Under the pieces are notes generated by a model, which searched no databases, was not told where the DNA came from, and was given only the letters and a program-made list of their open reading frames with translations. Position numbers and translations under genes: made by a program. From positions 3,328,001-3,392,000 of the forward strand of contig OZ244937.1 of the NCBI GenBank assembly GCA_965222075.1: 64,000 nucleotides of DNA, written 5' to 3'. Shown piece after piece: positions 27,528-37,876 of the stretch (the stretch's first letter is position 1; each line of letters starts with the position of its first letter). This DNA comes from Candidatus Latescibacterota bacterium. Its GTDB lineage: Bacteria > Latescibacterota > UBA2968 > GCA-2709665.

Positions 27528-28553
27528 CTACTCATCCCATTCAAAAATCACCTTCCCCGTCTCCCCGCTATCAAAAAGCGTAAACGCTTCCCGCGCCTGC
27601 TCAATGCCAAAGCGATGTGTCACAATCTCATCCAACGGCACCTGGTGCGTCTGCAGAAACGCCACTGCATCGAAATAAGCGCCCATCGAATACACGGAAT
27701 TGCCTCTGAGCGTCAACTCCTTCCGAAGAATATCCATAAAACTGATCTCAAGCGACTCCGCGCCTGCGCCCACGTACACCACCGTCCCATGCAATCCGGC
27801 AACCGCCGCCGCCTGTGCACGCGCCACACCGCTGCCCGAGCACTCGACAACCCCGGCCGCCCCTTTTCCACCTGTCAGATCTTTGATCGCCTGAACCGGA
27901 TCGGTCTCCTTTGCATTTATTGCAGCCCCCCTGCCGATACGCTCCGCAAGAGCTATACGGTACGGATTGATATCCACCCCGAACGTCTGATATCCCATCG
28001 CCCCGCCCATCAACAGCACCGTCAGGCCGACCGGACCCAGTCCAAACACCACAAACGGTTCCCCGTGACGCCCGGGCACCTTGCTCACCGCCGAAAAGGC
28101 GGTCCCCGCAGTACACGCAAGCTGCGTTCCAACGGCAAACGAAAACTCATCAGGCAGCGGCATACAGTACCGTGCGTCCGTCACCATATAATCCGCATGG
28201 GACCCGTCACGAGTCCGGCCAAAAGCCCCTTGATCCGAACAAAACACAGGCGTTCCAGATAGACAGACCGCACAATGCCCACACCCCACCGTGTGATAAA
28301 CACAAACCCGGTCGCCCTCCGACACATTTTTCACATCCGCCCCCACCTCGGCCACAACCCCTGTCGGCTCATGCCCCGAAATCATCCCCTCCCGCTCCCG
28401 TGCCCACTCCCGGCTGCTGTGATACTTGTGCAAATCGCTCCCACAAAGCCCTGCAACCTTTATCTGAATCACCACCTGCCCGGGTCCCGGCCCAGGCTTC
28501 TGAAAATCCCGCACCTCTACTTCGCTTTCGCCGAGATAAACAACACCTTTCAT
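27528..28553 (-). CDS. Zinc-binding alcohol/sugar dehydrogenase
   Basis: CGSD, GHE, C..C..C.......C, GLGPVG. Confidence 0.9.
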   Translation of the reverse strand: MKGVVYLGESEVEVRDFQKPGPGPGQVVIQIKVAGLCGSDLHKYHSSREWAREREGMISGHEPTGVVAEVGADVKNVSEGDRVCVYHTVGCGHCAVCLSGTPVFCSDQGAFGRTRDGSHADYMVTDARYCMPLPDEFSFAVGTQLACTAGTAFSAVSKVPGRHGEPFVVFGLGPVGLTVLLMGGAMGYQTFGVDINPYRIALAERIGRGAAINAKETDPVQAIKDLTGGKGAAGVVECSGSGVARAQAAAVAGLHGTVVYVGAGAESLEISFMDILRKELTLRGNSVYSMGAYFDAVAFLQTHQVPLDEIVTHRFGIEQAREAFTLFDSGETGKVIFEWDE

Positions 28554-28689
28554 AACCTCATCTCCCGGTTATAAGATTGCAGAGCGGTTTGCACCGTCTC
28601 TGCGCCAGATCTTCCGCATTCATTTTGTACTCCAAGCTTCCATAAAGCGCTCCAGTCTGCAATTGAATTCTCCCGTTCGATTGCATATC

Positions 28690-28902
28690 TTAGAAGCCGT
28701 CTCAAAATTCCGGGTTCGGTGCGGGATGAAGGGGCTTTTCCGCGCGGTTCCCTCCAGCGCCTTCGCCTCGTGAATCCCCAAACGCTCGCAGGACACAAAT
28801 CACATATCGACCCCAAGGGCAATTCGCGGAAAAGCAGCAAGCGGCGCCGAGCGGCGCCCTTCTTTTTGGGCCTTTTTCTTGGGCGTGCAAGAAAAAGGCC
28901 AT
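28690..28902 (+). repeat. Dispersed repeat element copy 2, starting with a TIR-like TTAGAAGCCGTCTCAAAA
   Basis: Block homology to 13782-14030; lacks the nested CCTGCC palindrome. Confidence 0.8.
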
Positions 28903-29031
28903 CCTAAAGAAAACGGAATTTCTGCCGCAATTGAGTAGCCATAATACTGCGAAATCAGAACTCATGCAAGGAGTCATTGCACGTGAAGATCACCCCCATG
29001 TAAGAAGAAACCAACCGTACAGGAGGAACCC

Positions 29032-30762
29032 ATGCAGGAAATAGGCCTATCCGAGCCCAAATACAAAATCCAGGTGGAACGCAATGTGCCGATACGGATG
29101 CGAGACGGCACCATCCTGCGAGCGGACATCTACCGCCCGGAAACCGAAGGGAAATACCCGGTCATCGTCGAGCGGGTCGCTTATGAACTGGTCGGCCGGT
29201 GTACATCCAACGGTGAATACTTCGCCAGCCGCGGATACGTCTTTGTCGGCCAGAACGTGCGCGGCACCTTTGCCTCCGAAGGCGATTGGCGGCCCTTCCG
29301 GGACGACGGCTGGGGCGCCAACCGGGATGGCTACGACACCATCGAATGGGCCGGCGCACAGCCCTGGTCCAACGGCAATGTGGGAATGGCCGACGGCTCC
29401 TACTCTGGCTTCACACAGTACATGGTCGCCCCGACCCGGCCGCCGCACCTGAAAGCCCTCTTTGTACGGGAAGGCGGCGGAGACTATTATAGTGGATTCT
29501 GGTATCGGTACGGCGCCTATTCGCTGCCCTTCCAAAAATGGGCGATGCAGACCCTGCTGGCCCAGTTAAAACACAAAAGCGCACCTCCGGGTCTGGAGGC
29601 CGCTCGCGACCGTCTGGCTGCTGCAATGGATGAAATCGAAGACTGGGAGCGGCACCTTCCACTCAAATCCTTTCCACCTCTGGAAGGACTGCTCGACTGG
29701 TACTTTGAAGACCTGAACCACCCGGAAGACGGCGCCTACTGGTGGTCCACCAACATCGCCTCCAAATACGGCGACATAGACACGCCCATCCTGCACTTCG
29801 GCGCCTGGTTCGACGTCTTCTTAGACGGCACCTTGCAATGCTTCCAGGAAATTCGTAAACACGGACGCTCCAAAACCTGCCGGGAGGGCCAGCGCCTGCT
29901 CATCGGCCCCTGGATCCACGGCCCGGGCAACGCGGCCAAACAGGTCGTCGGCGAACTGGACTTCGGCCCAGAGGCCGCCTTCGACATGCATGCCCACCGT
30001 CTGCGCTGGTACGATCACTGGCTAAAGGGAATGGACAACGGCATGATGGATGGCTCACCGGTACGCATCTTCCTGATGGGAAAAAACCGATGGCTGGACC
30101 TGGAAGACTGGCCCCCGCCCGGCATCACCTACCGGCCTGCCTATTTCCGAGAAGGATTCGGAAAAAATCAGGCGTCGCTGAACAACGGCGGCCTGACCTT
30201 CGATTCTCCCCATACAGCCGAGCATCCCAACAGCTTTGCCTACGACCCGGAAGACCCCATGCCCGGCCTGCGCTTCTATCCCACATTAGGCCCTATGGAC
30301 CACCGGGACCTGGAAAGCCGAATGCTCACCTATACCTCGGCCGAACTGGAACAGGACCTAACCGTCATCGGCCCCGTCAAAGCCATCCTCTACGGCCTCT
30401 CCTCAGCCCCCGACACGGACTGGGTCGTCAGACTCTGCGACGTCTGGCCGGATGGTCGGTCCATGTCCGTCTGCGACGGCATCCTCCGGGCGCGGTATCG
30501 TAACTCCCTGCAACACCCCGAACTGATGACACCGGGCAAAATCTACCGGTTTGAAATAGACATGTCCGCCACCGCCCAGGTCTTCCAGGCAGGCCACCGC
30601 CTGCGCGTAGAAATCACCAGCAGCGACTTCCCCCGGTACGACCGAAACCTGAACACCGGAGGTCCCTTTGGAGAAGAAGCCATCGGACAGGTCGCCGTCA
30701 ACACCGTCTTCCACGATGCACATCGGGCGTCACACATCGTTCTACCCGTCATAGATGATTAA
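29032..30762 (+). CDS. CocE/NonD family hydrolase (peptidase S15-like)
   Basis: MRDG..L.ADIYRP, RG...SEG, GSY.G nucleophile, GPW.H, SSDFPRYDRNLNTG; AGGAGG RBS. Confidence 0.92.
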   Translation: MQEIGLSEPKYKIQVERNVPIRMRDGTILRADIYRPETEGKYPVIVERVAYELVGRCTSNGEYFASRGYVFVGQNVRGTFASEGDWRPFRDDGWGANRDGYDTIEWAGAQPWSNGNVGMADGSYSGFTQYMVAPTRPPHLKALFVREGGGDYYSGFWYRYGAYSLPFQKWAMQTLLAQLKHKSAPPGLEAARDRLAAAMDEIEDWERHLPLKSFPPLEGLLDWYFEDLNHPEDGAYWWSTNIASKYGDIDTPILHFGAWFDVFLDGTLQCFQEIRKHGRSKTCREGQRLLIGPWIHGPGNAAKQVVGELDFGPEAAFDMHAHRLRWYDHWLKGMDNGMMDGSPVRIFLMGKNRWLDLEDWPPPGITYRPAYFREGFGKNQASLNNGGLTFDSPHTAEHPNSFAYDPEDPMPGLRFYPTLGPMDHRDLESRMLTYTSAELEQDLTVIGPVKAILYGLSSAPDTDWVVRLCDVWPDGRSMSVCDGILRARYRNSLQHPELMTPGKIYRFEIDMSATAQVFQAGHRLRVEITSSDFPRYDRNLNTGGPFGEEAIGQVAVNTVFHDAHRASHIVLPVIDD

Positions 30763-30773
30763 GAACAATAAAG

Positions 30774-30845
30774 AGCCGCCCAGGGGACTCGAACCCCCAA
30801 CCTACTGATTACAAATCAGTTGCTCTACCATTGAGCTAAGGCGGC
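30774..30845 (-). tRNA. tRNA-Thr(UGU); CCA not encoded
   Basis: GCCGCCTTAGCTCAATGGTAGAGCAACTGATTTGTAATCAGTAGGTTGGGGGTTCGAGTCCCCTGGGCGGCT folds as a cloverleaf with anticodon TGT. Confidence 0.96.
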
Positions 30846-30921
30846 TTGAAAATCAGTAATCTTAATCCACGAAAAATATGAAAGCGTGTCTTCCCGGGCA
30901 ACCGAAAAAGTTCAGGACCCT

Positions 30922-32340
30922 TTACGCCTGCACACGCTTCCAGACCGTCCCCTCCGGTGTATCCTCCAAAGCGTAGCCCAGCTTTAGGAAGTGGTCTCGG
31001 ATCTCGTCGGCCCGCGCCCAGTCCTTCTCCTTCCGGGCGGCCTCCCGCTCGGCGACCAGGGCCTGCAGCTCCTCCGGCAGGGCTTCCTCTTTCTCCTCTT
31101 CTGGAAGCGTAAAGAAAATCCCCAGCACCCGGTCAATCTCCTCCATAAACCCATCCACCAGATCCGCCCCTCTGCGGTCCACCTTCTCTTCGCCCAGAAG
31201 CCCTTCCACGGCATTGACCATGTCAAACACGGCGGCCATCGCGCGAGGGCTGTTCAGGTCGTCGTCCATATACTCGATGAATCCCTCCCGGGCCTTATCC
31301 ACCAGGGGCGCCGGGTCCTCGCCCCCCTTCGGCGCTTCCACCTCCTCCAGACGCCTCCGGAAGTTGCTCAGGCGGCGCATCGTGCGCTTCGCCGCGTCTA
31401 AGACCTCCTTTGTAAAATTGAACGCCGTCCGGTAGTGCGAGGAAACCACCAGGTACCGAAAGGCTCTGGCGTCGTCGGGCGTCTGTGCAATATCCTGCAC
31501 CGTGAGAAAATTGCCCACACTCTTGGACATCTTCGCATCGTCCACATTAATATGCGCGCCATGCAGCCAGTAGTTCACAAACCGCTTGCCGGTCACCGCC
31601 TCGCTTTGCGCGATCTCGTTCTGGTGATGTGGGAAAATGAGGTCCACCGCGCCGGCGTGAATATCAATCGTCTCCCCGAGGTATTTGATAGACATGCACG
31701 AGCACTCCATGTGCCAGCCGGGCCGTCCCCTGCCCAAATCCGTCTTCCAGAACACGTCCCCATCTTCCTCTTTCCACGCCTTCCACACCGCAAAGTCCCG
31801 TACATGCTCCTTATCGTAATCATCCGCATCCACCCCGCTGGCGCCCACCTGCATCCCTTCCACATCCAGCTGGGCCAGTTCCCCGTACGTCGGGAAACTC
31901 CTGATTGAGAAATAGACCGACCCTTCCCTCACATACGCATGCCCGTCCTCAATCATCCGGTGGATCATCTCCACGATATCGGTGATATGCTCCGTCGCTT
32001 TGGGATACGCGTCGGCCGGCAGGATGTTCAGGGTCGCCATATCCTCAAAAAAAACTTCTGTATACTTCTCCGTAAGCGTTTCAAGCGCCGTCCCCTCATC
32101 GCGAACCTTCCGGATAATATTGTCTTCCACATCGGTAATATTCATCACATGATGGACCTGATAGCCACGGTAAGTCAGGTAACGCTTGATCAAATCGAAG
32201 ACAATAAACGTCTTGAAATTCCCGATATGGGCAACATCGTGAACCGTTGGGCCGCAGCTGTAGAACCGGACCTTCCCCGGCTCGATCTCCTTGAATTCCT
32301 CCTTACGCCGGGTCAGTGTGTTGTAAAAACGAACGGCCAT
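30922..32340 (-). CDS. cysS: Cysteine--tRNA ligase
   Basis: CGPTV, HIGN, GRPGWH.ECS, FPHH.NE.AQ, KMSKS. Confidence 0.97.
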   Translation of the reverse strand: MAVRFYNTLTRRKEEFKEIEPGKVRFYSCGPTVHDVAHIGNFKTFIVFDLIKRYLTYRGYQVHHVMNITDVEDNIIRKVRDEGTALETLTEKYTEVFFEDMATLNILPADAYPKATEHITDIVEMIHRMIEDGHAYVREGSVYFSIRSFPTYGELAQLDVEGMQVGASGVDADDYDKEHVRDFAVWKAWKEEDGDVFWKTDLGRGRPGWHMECSCMSIKYLGETIDIHAGAVDLIFPHHQNEIAQSEAVTGKRFVNYWLHGAHINVDDAKMSKSVGNFLTVQDIAQTPDDARAFRYLVVSSHYRTAFNFTKEVLDAAKRTMRRLSNFRRRLEEVEAPKGGEDPAPLVDKAREGFIEYMDDDLNSPRAMAAVFDMVNAVEGLLGEEKVDRRGADLVDGFMEEIDRVLGIFFTLPEEEKEEALPEELQALVAEREAARKEKDWARADEIRDHFLKLGYALEDTPEGTVWKRVQA

Positions 32341-32350
32341 TAAAAATCCT

Positions 32351-33451
32351 TCAGGATTCAGGCTCATACGACGTCTTCAACTTCTGTTCTCTCTCAAACC
32401 GTTCCAGGGCAAGCTGAATCAGCCGGTCGATCAGTTCCGTGTAGGAAATCCCGCTCGCTTCCCACATCTTGGGATACATGCTAATCCGGGTAAACCCCGG
32501 GATCGTATTGATCTCGTTCACCAGAACCTCCCCCTCACCCCGCAAAAAGAAGTCTACCCGGGCCATCCCCTCGCAGCAGAGCACCCGGAAAGACCGGACC
32601 GCAAGGTCCTGGACCTCTCGGACAGTTGCCTCCGGCAGCTCGGCGGGTATCTTCAACAGCGCCCCGTTCTCGTCTAAATACTTGGCCTCGTACGAATAGA
32701 ATTCATGCTGGGACACAACCTCGCCGGGCACCGAAGCGATCGGATGCTCATTCCCCAGAACGGAACACTCAATCTCCCGTCCCTCGATGAACTCCTCGAT
32801 CAGGACCTTGGAATCGTAATGGAAACCCTCCTCGATCGCCCCTGCAAAATCACCACTGTCGTTGACCTTGCTCACCCCCACCGAAGACCCCAGGTTGGCC
32901 GGTTTTACAAAAAAGGGAATCCCCAGATGCTTCACCACCTCGTCAAAATCGATCTCAGACGTCCTGAACTTCTCAACCGCCAGAAACAGAGGCGTCGGGA
33001 TGCCGGCGTCCCGGAACAGCCGCTTCATCACATCCTTGTCCATCGCCACGGCCGACCCCAGCACGCTGGCCCCCACAAACGGCACATCGGCCAGCTTCAA
33101 CAGCCCCTGGACAGTGCCGTCCTCGCCAAAGGGTCCGTGGAGCACCGGAAAGATGACATCTACCGGCTCTAAGGGCTGGTTGTCCGAGCTCCGAACCAGA
33201 TGCCCTGCGCCGGATTCCCGGGGCACCAGCGTCACGGAATCCCCTCTGTCCCCCTTTGTGATCTGAGAAGGGTTGGCCTCTAAGAGCGGTGCATCGTTCA
33301 AAGACCACTGTCCCGTCTTATCAATCCCAATCAGCACCATCTCATACTTCTCTTTGTCGATCGCCTCCACCACATTCACCGCCGACTGGAGCGAAACCTC
33401 GTGCTCTGCCGACTTGCCGCCAAAGAGAATGCCGACCCGTTTCTTTTTCAT
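32351..33451 (-). CDS. ddl: D-alanine--D-alanine ligase (DdlA type)
   Basis: FGGKSAEHEVS, LHGPFGEDG, KPANLGSSVG, FYSYEAKY, NEINTIPGFT. Confidence 0.96.
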   Translation of the reverse strand: MKKKRVGILFGGKSAEHEVSLQSAVNVVEAIDKEKYEMVLIGIDKTGQWSLNDAPLLEANPSQITKGDRGDSVTLVPRESGAGHLVRSSDNQPLEPVDVIFPVLHGPFGEDGTVQGLLKLADVPFVGASVLGSAVAMDKDVMKRLFRDAGIPTPLFLAVEKFRTSEIDFDEVVKHLGIPFFVKPANLGSSVGVSKVNDSGDFAGAIEEGFHYDSKVLIEEFIEGREIECSVLGNEHPIASVPGEVVSQHEFYSYEAKYLDENGALLKIPAELPEATVREVQDLAVRSFRVLCCEGMARVDFFLRGEGEVLVNEINTIPGFTRISMYPKMWEASGISYTELIDRLIQLALERFEREQKLKTSYEPES

Positions 33452-33490
33452 CGCACATCCGCCGTCTTCTGGTAAAAATCAAGCGCGTGC

Positions 33491-34186
33491 TCAGGCCCGT
33501 TTGTCAACACTGTCCGGCGCCTCTTCCGGAGGGTCAGACGCCTGGGCCCGCTCCTGGTTTTTTTTTCGACGCCAGCGCCAGAAGCCCACGCCGCCCACCA
33601 CCATCAGAACCAGAATAATCCAGTTATAAGCCCGCAGCACCTCAACCACCAGCCGCCAGTTTTCGCCCACCATCAGGCCGAAATAGACCAGCAGGCTGTT
33701 CCAGAGAAATGTGCCCAGGAGCACGTAAGCCAGCATCCGGAGGGGATGCATCCGGCTCAGACCGGCCACTACGCCTACAAACGTGCGTACCGTGGGCAAA
33801 AACCGGTTGAAAATCACAACGCGGTCCCCGTACCGGGAAAACCATCGCTCCGCCTTGTTCAGATTCGCGTCCGAGAAGATCCGGGATTCCCACTTGAGAA
33901 AAAGCTCGCGTCCCTTCAGGTAGGCCACACCGTAGACCAGCAAACACCCCAGGGTGCTGCCCGCCCACATCCACAAATACGCCGGTACCACGCGAATAAT
34001 GCCGACCCCGGCCAGGTAAGCCCCAAACACAATCAGCGTATCCCCTGGAATGGGCGGCACCACATTCTCCATAAAGGCGCCTAAGAATAAAAAAAAATAG
34101 ATGCGTCCCGGAGGCTGCCCGTTCAGAAAAACCAGAAACTGCTCCCAGAACTCACCCAGGTATTCCAAGAGAATTGTCCTCAGCAA
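33491..34186 (-). CDS. DedA family membrane protein
   Basis: EN..PPIPGD, F.RYG, RFLP..R, AG. Confidence 0.9.
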   Translation of the reverse strand: MLRTILLEYLGEFWEQFLVFLNGQPPGRIYFFLFLGAFMENVVPPIPGDTLIVFGAYLAGVGIIRVVPAYLWMWAGSTLGCLLVYGVAYLKGRELFLKWESRIFSDANLNKAERWFSRYGDRVVIFNRFLPTVRTFVGVVAGLSRMHPLRMLAYVLLGTFLWNSLLVYFGLMVGENWRLVVEVLRAYNWIILVLMVVGGVGFWRWRRKKNQERAQASDPPEEAPDSVDKRA

Positions 34187-34214
34187 AGAAAGGAGTCAGA
34201 AAATTTCCCGATAT

Positions 34215-35414
34215 TCAGCCGTTCTGCGCGCCCCTTGCGTCTCTGCGGTGAACAATCAGCGCCACCGCCTGTGCCGCCATTCCCTCTCCGGTCCCTACAA
34301 ACCCCAGCCCCTCCGTCGTCGTGGCCTTCACCGACACCCGATCCGCCGAAATCCCAAGCGCACCGGCCATGCGGGACTTCATCTGCGGAATATAGGGCGC
34401 CAGTTTCGGACGCTGGGCCATCACCGTCGCATCCACATTGAGGATCTCTGCACCTGCCTCTTTCACCCAGTCCGCCACCCGTTGCAGCAAAACCAGGCTG
34501 GAAACCCCTGCATACGCCGGATCGGTATCCGGAAAATGCTGGCCGATGTCACCTGCGCCCAGGCCGCCCAAGATCGCGTCCCCAACCGCGTGGGACAGCA
34601 CATCCGCATCGGAGTGTCCAAGCAGCCCCCGGTCAAACCGAACCTCCACGCCGCCCAGGATCAGGAGACGGCCCTCCGCCAGCCGATGGACATCGTAGCC
34701 CTGTCCGATGCGAAGAGCCGGTGCCGGCGCCTCTCCCCGTCTCCTTAAAATATCCTCGGCGACCTCGAGATCCTCCGGCGTCGTAATCTTTACATTGTCC
34801 CGGCGACCTTCCACCACCCTCACCGGCGCGTTCAACCGTTCCACAAGGGCCGTATCGTCCGTTCCCACATATCCGGACCGTGCAGCTTCCCTGTGCGCAC
34901 GCCGGATCAGGTCGGCCTGAAAAGCCTGAGGCGTCTGCACGCTCCACAGGCGGGACCTGTCCAGAGTTTTCAAGACCCGTTCACCCTCAATCTCTTTGAC
35001 CGTATCGGTCACCGGCGTCCCCAGAACCGCCGCCCCCGTCTCGCGCGCCTCTCCCACAACAGCGTCGATCTGCTCGGGCAGAACCAGAGGCCTCGCAGCG
35101 TCGTGGACCGCAATCACCTCGGCCTCGTCCCCCACCGCCTTTAGGCCCTCGGCCACCGAATCCTGACGCTCCACACCCCCGGGCGCCACCGCAGAAACCT
35201 TCCGCCCCCCCCAGGTCTTCACAAACGCTTTGCACCGATCTACCTGTTCGGGCGGAGCCACAAGCACGATACGGTCGATACTCCCGGCCTGCTCAAAGGC
35301 CTCCAGGGTATGGGCCAGAATAGGCTTGCCGGCCAGATCCATAAACTGCTTGGGCCGACCGGTGCCCATCCGGCGGCCGGACCCGGCGGCAAGGACAATG
35401 GCGTAAGAAGTCAT
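34215..35414 (-). CDS. ispDF: Bifunctional IspD/IspF (MEP pathway)
   Basis: LAAGSG.RM, KQF, HDAARP, QTPQ, KIT; then RIGQGYDVH, HSDADV, DIG.HFP, KATTTE. Confidence 0.95.
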   Translation of the reverse strand: MTSYAIVLAAGSGRRMGTGRPKQFMDLAGKPILAHTLEAFEQAGSIDRIVLVAPPEQVDRCKAFVKTWGGRKVSAVAPGGVERQDSVAEGLKAVGDEAEVIAVHDAARPLVLPEQIDAVVGEARETGAAVLGTPVTDTVKEIEGERVLKTLDRSRLWSVQTPQAFQADLIRRAHREAARSGYVGTDDTALVERLNAPVRVVEGRRDNVKITTPEDLEVAEDILRRRGEAPAPALRIGQGYDVHRLAEGRLLILGGVEVRFDRGLLGHSDADVLSHAVGDAILGGLGAGDIGQHFPDTDPAYAGVSSLVLLQRVADWVKEAGAEILNVDATVMAQRPKLAPYIPQMKSRMAGALGISADRVSVKATTTEGLGFVGTGEGMAAQAVALIVHRRDARGAQNG

Positions 35415-35503
35415 TAGGAAGGGAGCCAGTGCGGAGTGCGGATCACCACCCTGGAATAAAAGCTTCTCAATCCGAAATCCCAAATCCGCATCCCGAAATC
35501 TTT

Positions 35504-36355
35504 CTACCCCAGCCGATAGAAAGCAATTGCGTTATCGTGGAACACCTTTCTCATCTCGTCCTCAGAGCATCCCTCAAGCGCCCAGGCCAGCGTTTCCACC
35601 CACACCGGGTACTCGCAGGCCAGACGCGCCACCGGCCAATCGCCCCCGAACATGATCCGGTCAAAACCGAAACAGTCCACAACGTGGTCGATGTACGGCC
35701 TGAGGTCCTCGCGGGTCCAGTTTGCATGGTCGGCCTCCGTCACCATCCCGGACACCTTGCACCAGACATTGGGCATCCCGGCTAAGTGCGCGACCTCCTG
35801 CTTCCAGGGCGCCGTCACCCGGTTCTTGATATCCGGTTTCCCGATGTGGTCCAGGATAAACCGCACGTTTGGACATTGCCGGACCATTTCAATCGTATTT
35901 GCTAAGTGAACGTGGTGAATGCAGATGTCAAAACACAGATCGTATTCCTCAAGCAACCGCACCCCCCTGACAAAGTCGGGCTGGAGACAGAATTCCACAT
36001 CCTCAGACTGGATAATCCGCCGGACGCCCTTAACCAGCCTGTTCTGCGACAGCACATCTAAGGCCTCACGGGCGCCCTCACCCTTCTCCAGCGGCGCCCA
36101 GGGCACCATCCCCTGAATCCTCGGATCTTGCTGAACGAGGGACGTCACCCATTCGGCCTCTTCGATAAACTGCGAAAACTCACAATCGCACTGGAGAAAA
36201 ACGATGCGTTCCACGTCCACCGGCCCACAGAACCTCGTATAATCTTCCGGGAGATAAGCCCTGTTCAACAGCGGCGTATCGTCCAGCCACGGATACCGGA
36301 GATTGCCCGGGTCCCACAGGTGCACGTGGGTATCGACAATTGGGAAATCAATCAT
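35504..36355 (-). CDS. Amidohydrolase_2 family (sugar lactonase-like)
   Basis: DTHVHLWD, GVRR..Q, LDHIGKP, CKVSG, FGGDWPV. Confidence 0.85.
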   Translation of the reverse strand: MIDFPIVDTHVHLWDPGNLRYPWLDDTPLLNRAYLPEDYTRFCGPVDVERIVFLQCDCEFSQFIEEAEWVTSLVQQDPRIQGMVPWAPLEKGEGAREALDVLSQNRLVKGVRRIIQSEDVEFCLQPDFVRGVRLLEEYDLCFDICIHHVHLANTIEMVRQCPNVRFILDHIGKPDIKNRVTAPWKQEVAHLAGMPNVWCKVSGMVTEADHANWTREDLRPYIDHVVDCFGFDRIMFGGDWPVARLACEYPVWVETLAWALEGCSEDEMRKVFHDNAIAFYRLG

Positions 36356-37407
36356 GGAATTGAACCATCCCTGAAGTGAAAAACGAGCATCGCATCCCCA
36401 TAACTGTAGAATCGGTAGCCTTGTCGGACCGCCTCCCGGTAGGCCTCCAGAACGAACGGCCGGCCGGCAAAAGCCGAAACAAGCATCAACAGTGTTGACC
36501 TGGGGAGGTGGAAATTGGTAATCAGCACATCTGCCAGCCGGAACGAATAGGGCGGGTAAATAAAGAGCCGGGTCCACCCCGACCGGGGGCGGAGGGCCCA
36601 GCCGTCCCCATCCTGCACGGCCGCCGATTCTAAGGCGCGCACCGACGTCGTCCCCACAGCCACAACGCGTCCTCCCCGCTGCCGACACCGATTGACCCTA
36701 TCGGCAGCGTCGGCACCCACGTTGAAAAATTCCGCATCCATCTCGTGGCGCGCTTCCTCCAGGACCGGTTTGAACGTACCGGGTCCCACGTGGAGCAGCA
36801 CCGGTGCGATCTCCACCCCCACAGCGCGCACCCGATTCAGCAGCTCCGGCGTAAAATGGAGTCCGGCCGTAGGCGCAGCCACCGCCCCTGGGGTTCGGGC
36901 ATACACCGCCTGATAGCGTTCCCGGTCCTCCGGCAGGTCCTCCCTGCGAATATAGGGCGGAAGCGGGATGCGCCCCCTCCGCTCCAGAACCTCCTCCACC
37001 GACGCGCTCCCCCGAAACCGGAGCAGCCGGCGGCCCGAGTCGCAGACCGCCTCCACAACCGCCGTTAGATCCTCTTCCGGAAAAGCCACCTCCGCGCCCA
37101 CCCGCAGGCGCCGTCCGGGACGAGCTAAGGCCTCCCAGACCTCCCCTTCCCGTCTAAGCAGCAGGAACTCCACTGCCCCCCCGCTGCCGGGCCGATACCC
37201 CTTCAGACGCGCTGGAAAAACCCGGGTCTCGTTGATCACCAGGCAATCCCCCGGCTCCAGGAAATCGGGCAGATCCCTGAACAGCGCATGCCGGATGCCC
37301 CGATCCTCCGGGTCCAGAACCATCAGCCGGGACCCGTCACGTTCGGCCACGGGGCGCTGCGCAATCAGGTCTTCCGGGAGGTCATAATCGTAATCGGAAA
37401 GTGTCAC
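36352..37407 (-). CDS. queA: SAM:tRNA ribosyltransferase-isomerase
   Basis: LP..LIAQ.P, PLPPYI, AAPTAGLHFT, LHVG.GTF, TNFHLP.STL, YRFYSYGDAM. Confidence 0.97.
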   Translation of the reverse strand: MTLSDYDYDLPEDLIAQRPVAERDGSRLMVLDPEDRGIRHALFRDLPDFLEPGDCLVINETRVFPARLKGYRPGSGGAVEFLLLRREGEVWEALARPGRRLRVGAEVAFPEEDLTAVVEAVCDSGRRLLRFRGSASVEEVLERRGRIPLPPYIRREDLPEDRERYQAVYARTPGAVAAPTAGLHFTPELLNRVRAVGVEIAPVLLHVGPGTFKPVLEEARHEMDAEFFNVGADAADRVNRCRQRGGRVVAVGTTSVRALESAAVQDGDGWALRPRSGWTRLFIYPPYSFRLADVLITNFHLPRSTLLMLVSAFAGRPFVLEAYREAVRQGYRFYSYGDAMLVFHFRDGSIP

Positions 37408-37502
37408 AACGGAAGATCAACTCCCGGCGAACCGCCGTCGTACGGGCACGGCATGCCATACCCCATCTATCTGTCGGCCACCTGAGCCCGGAACTTTTAC
37501 CG

Positions 37503-37727
37503 CTATCGCCGGGAGATAATGTTCAAAATAATCGTCAGAAGAACGCTCACCACAATACAGGTCACCACCGGAAAGTAAAAATTGAACCCCTTCCGCTGAA
37601 TGAAAATGTCTCCAGGCAGGCGCCCCAGAAAAGGAATCTTATCCCCAAACATGAAGAGGAGGCCGACCACAAACAGCGCCGTGCCTCCTATCACCAGAAT
37701 TTTTCCCAAACCGGAGAAGTCGGCCAT
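37503..37727 (-). CDS. DUF2905 family small membrane protein
   Basis: LGRLPGDI...NFYFP..TCI..S motif; commonly adjacent to queA. Confidence 0.85.
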   Translation of the reverse strand: MADFSGLGKILVIGGTALFVVGLLFMFGDKIPFLGRLPGDIFIQRKGFNFYFPVVTCIVVSVLLTIILNIISRR

Positions 37728-37876
37728 AGCCAAAGGCCTTCCATACCAAGCGACAAACCCCCTGAAAAAGGGGCCAAAAAACTTACACAATTCTCAAAAA
37801 CGTGTCAAGGGTACAGGTCTTTGGGGTAAGCGGTGCAGCGCGGGGAGGCGTAATCCCGTTTTCACAATTCACGAAC

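Noticed and set aside
30774-30845. tRNA-Thr as the attachment site of an island covering the left-hand accessory region
   Set aside because: No integrase and no duplicated tRNA 3' end seen within the window
32351-33451. VanA/B-type D-Ala-D-Lac ligase
   Set aside because: The omega loop reads FYSYEAKY as in D-Ala-D-Ala ligases, the context is housekeeping, and no vanH or vanX is present
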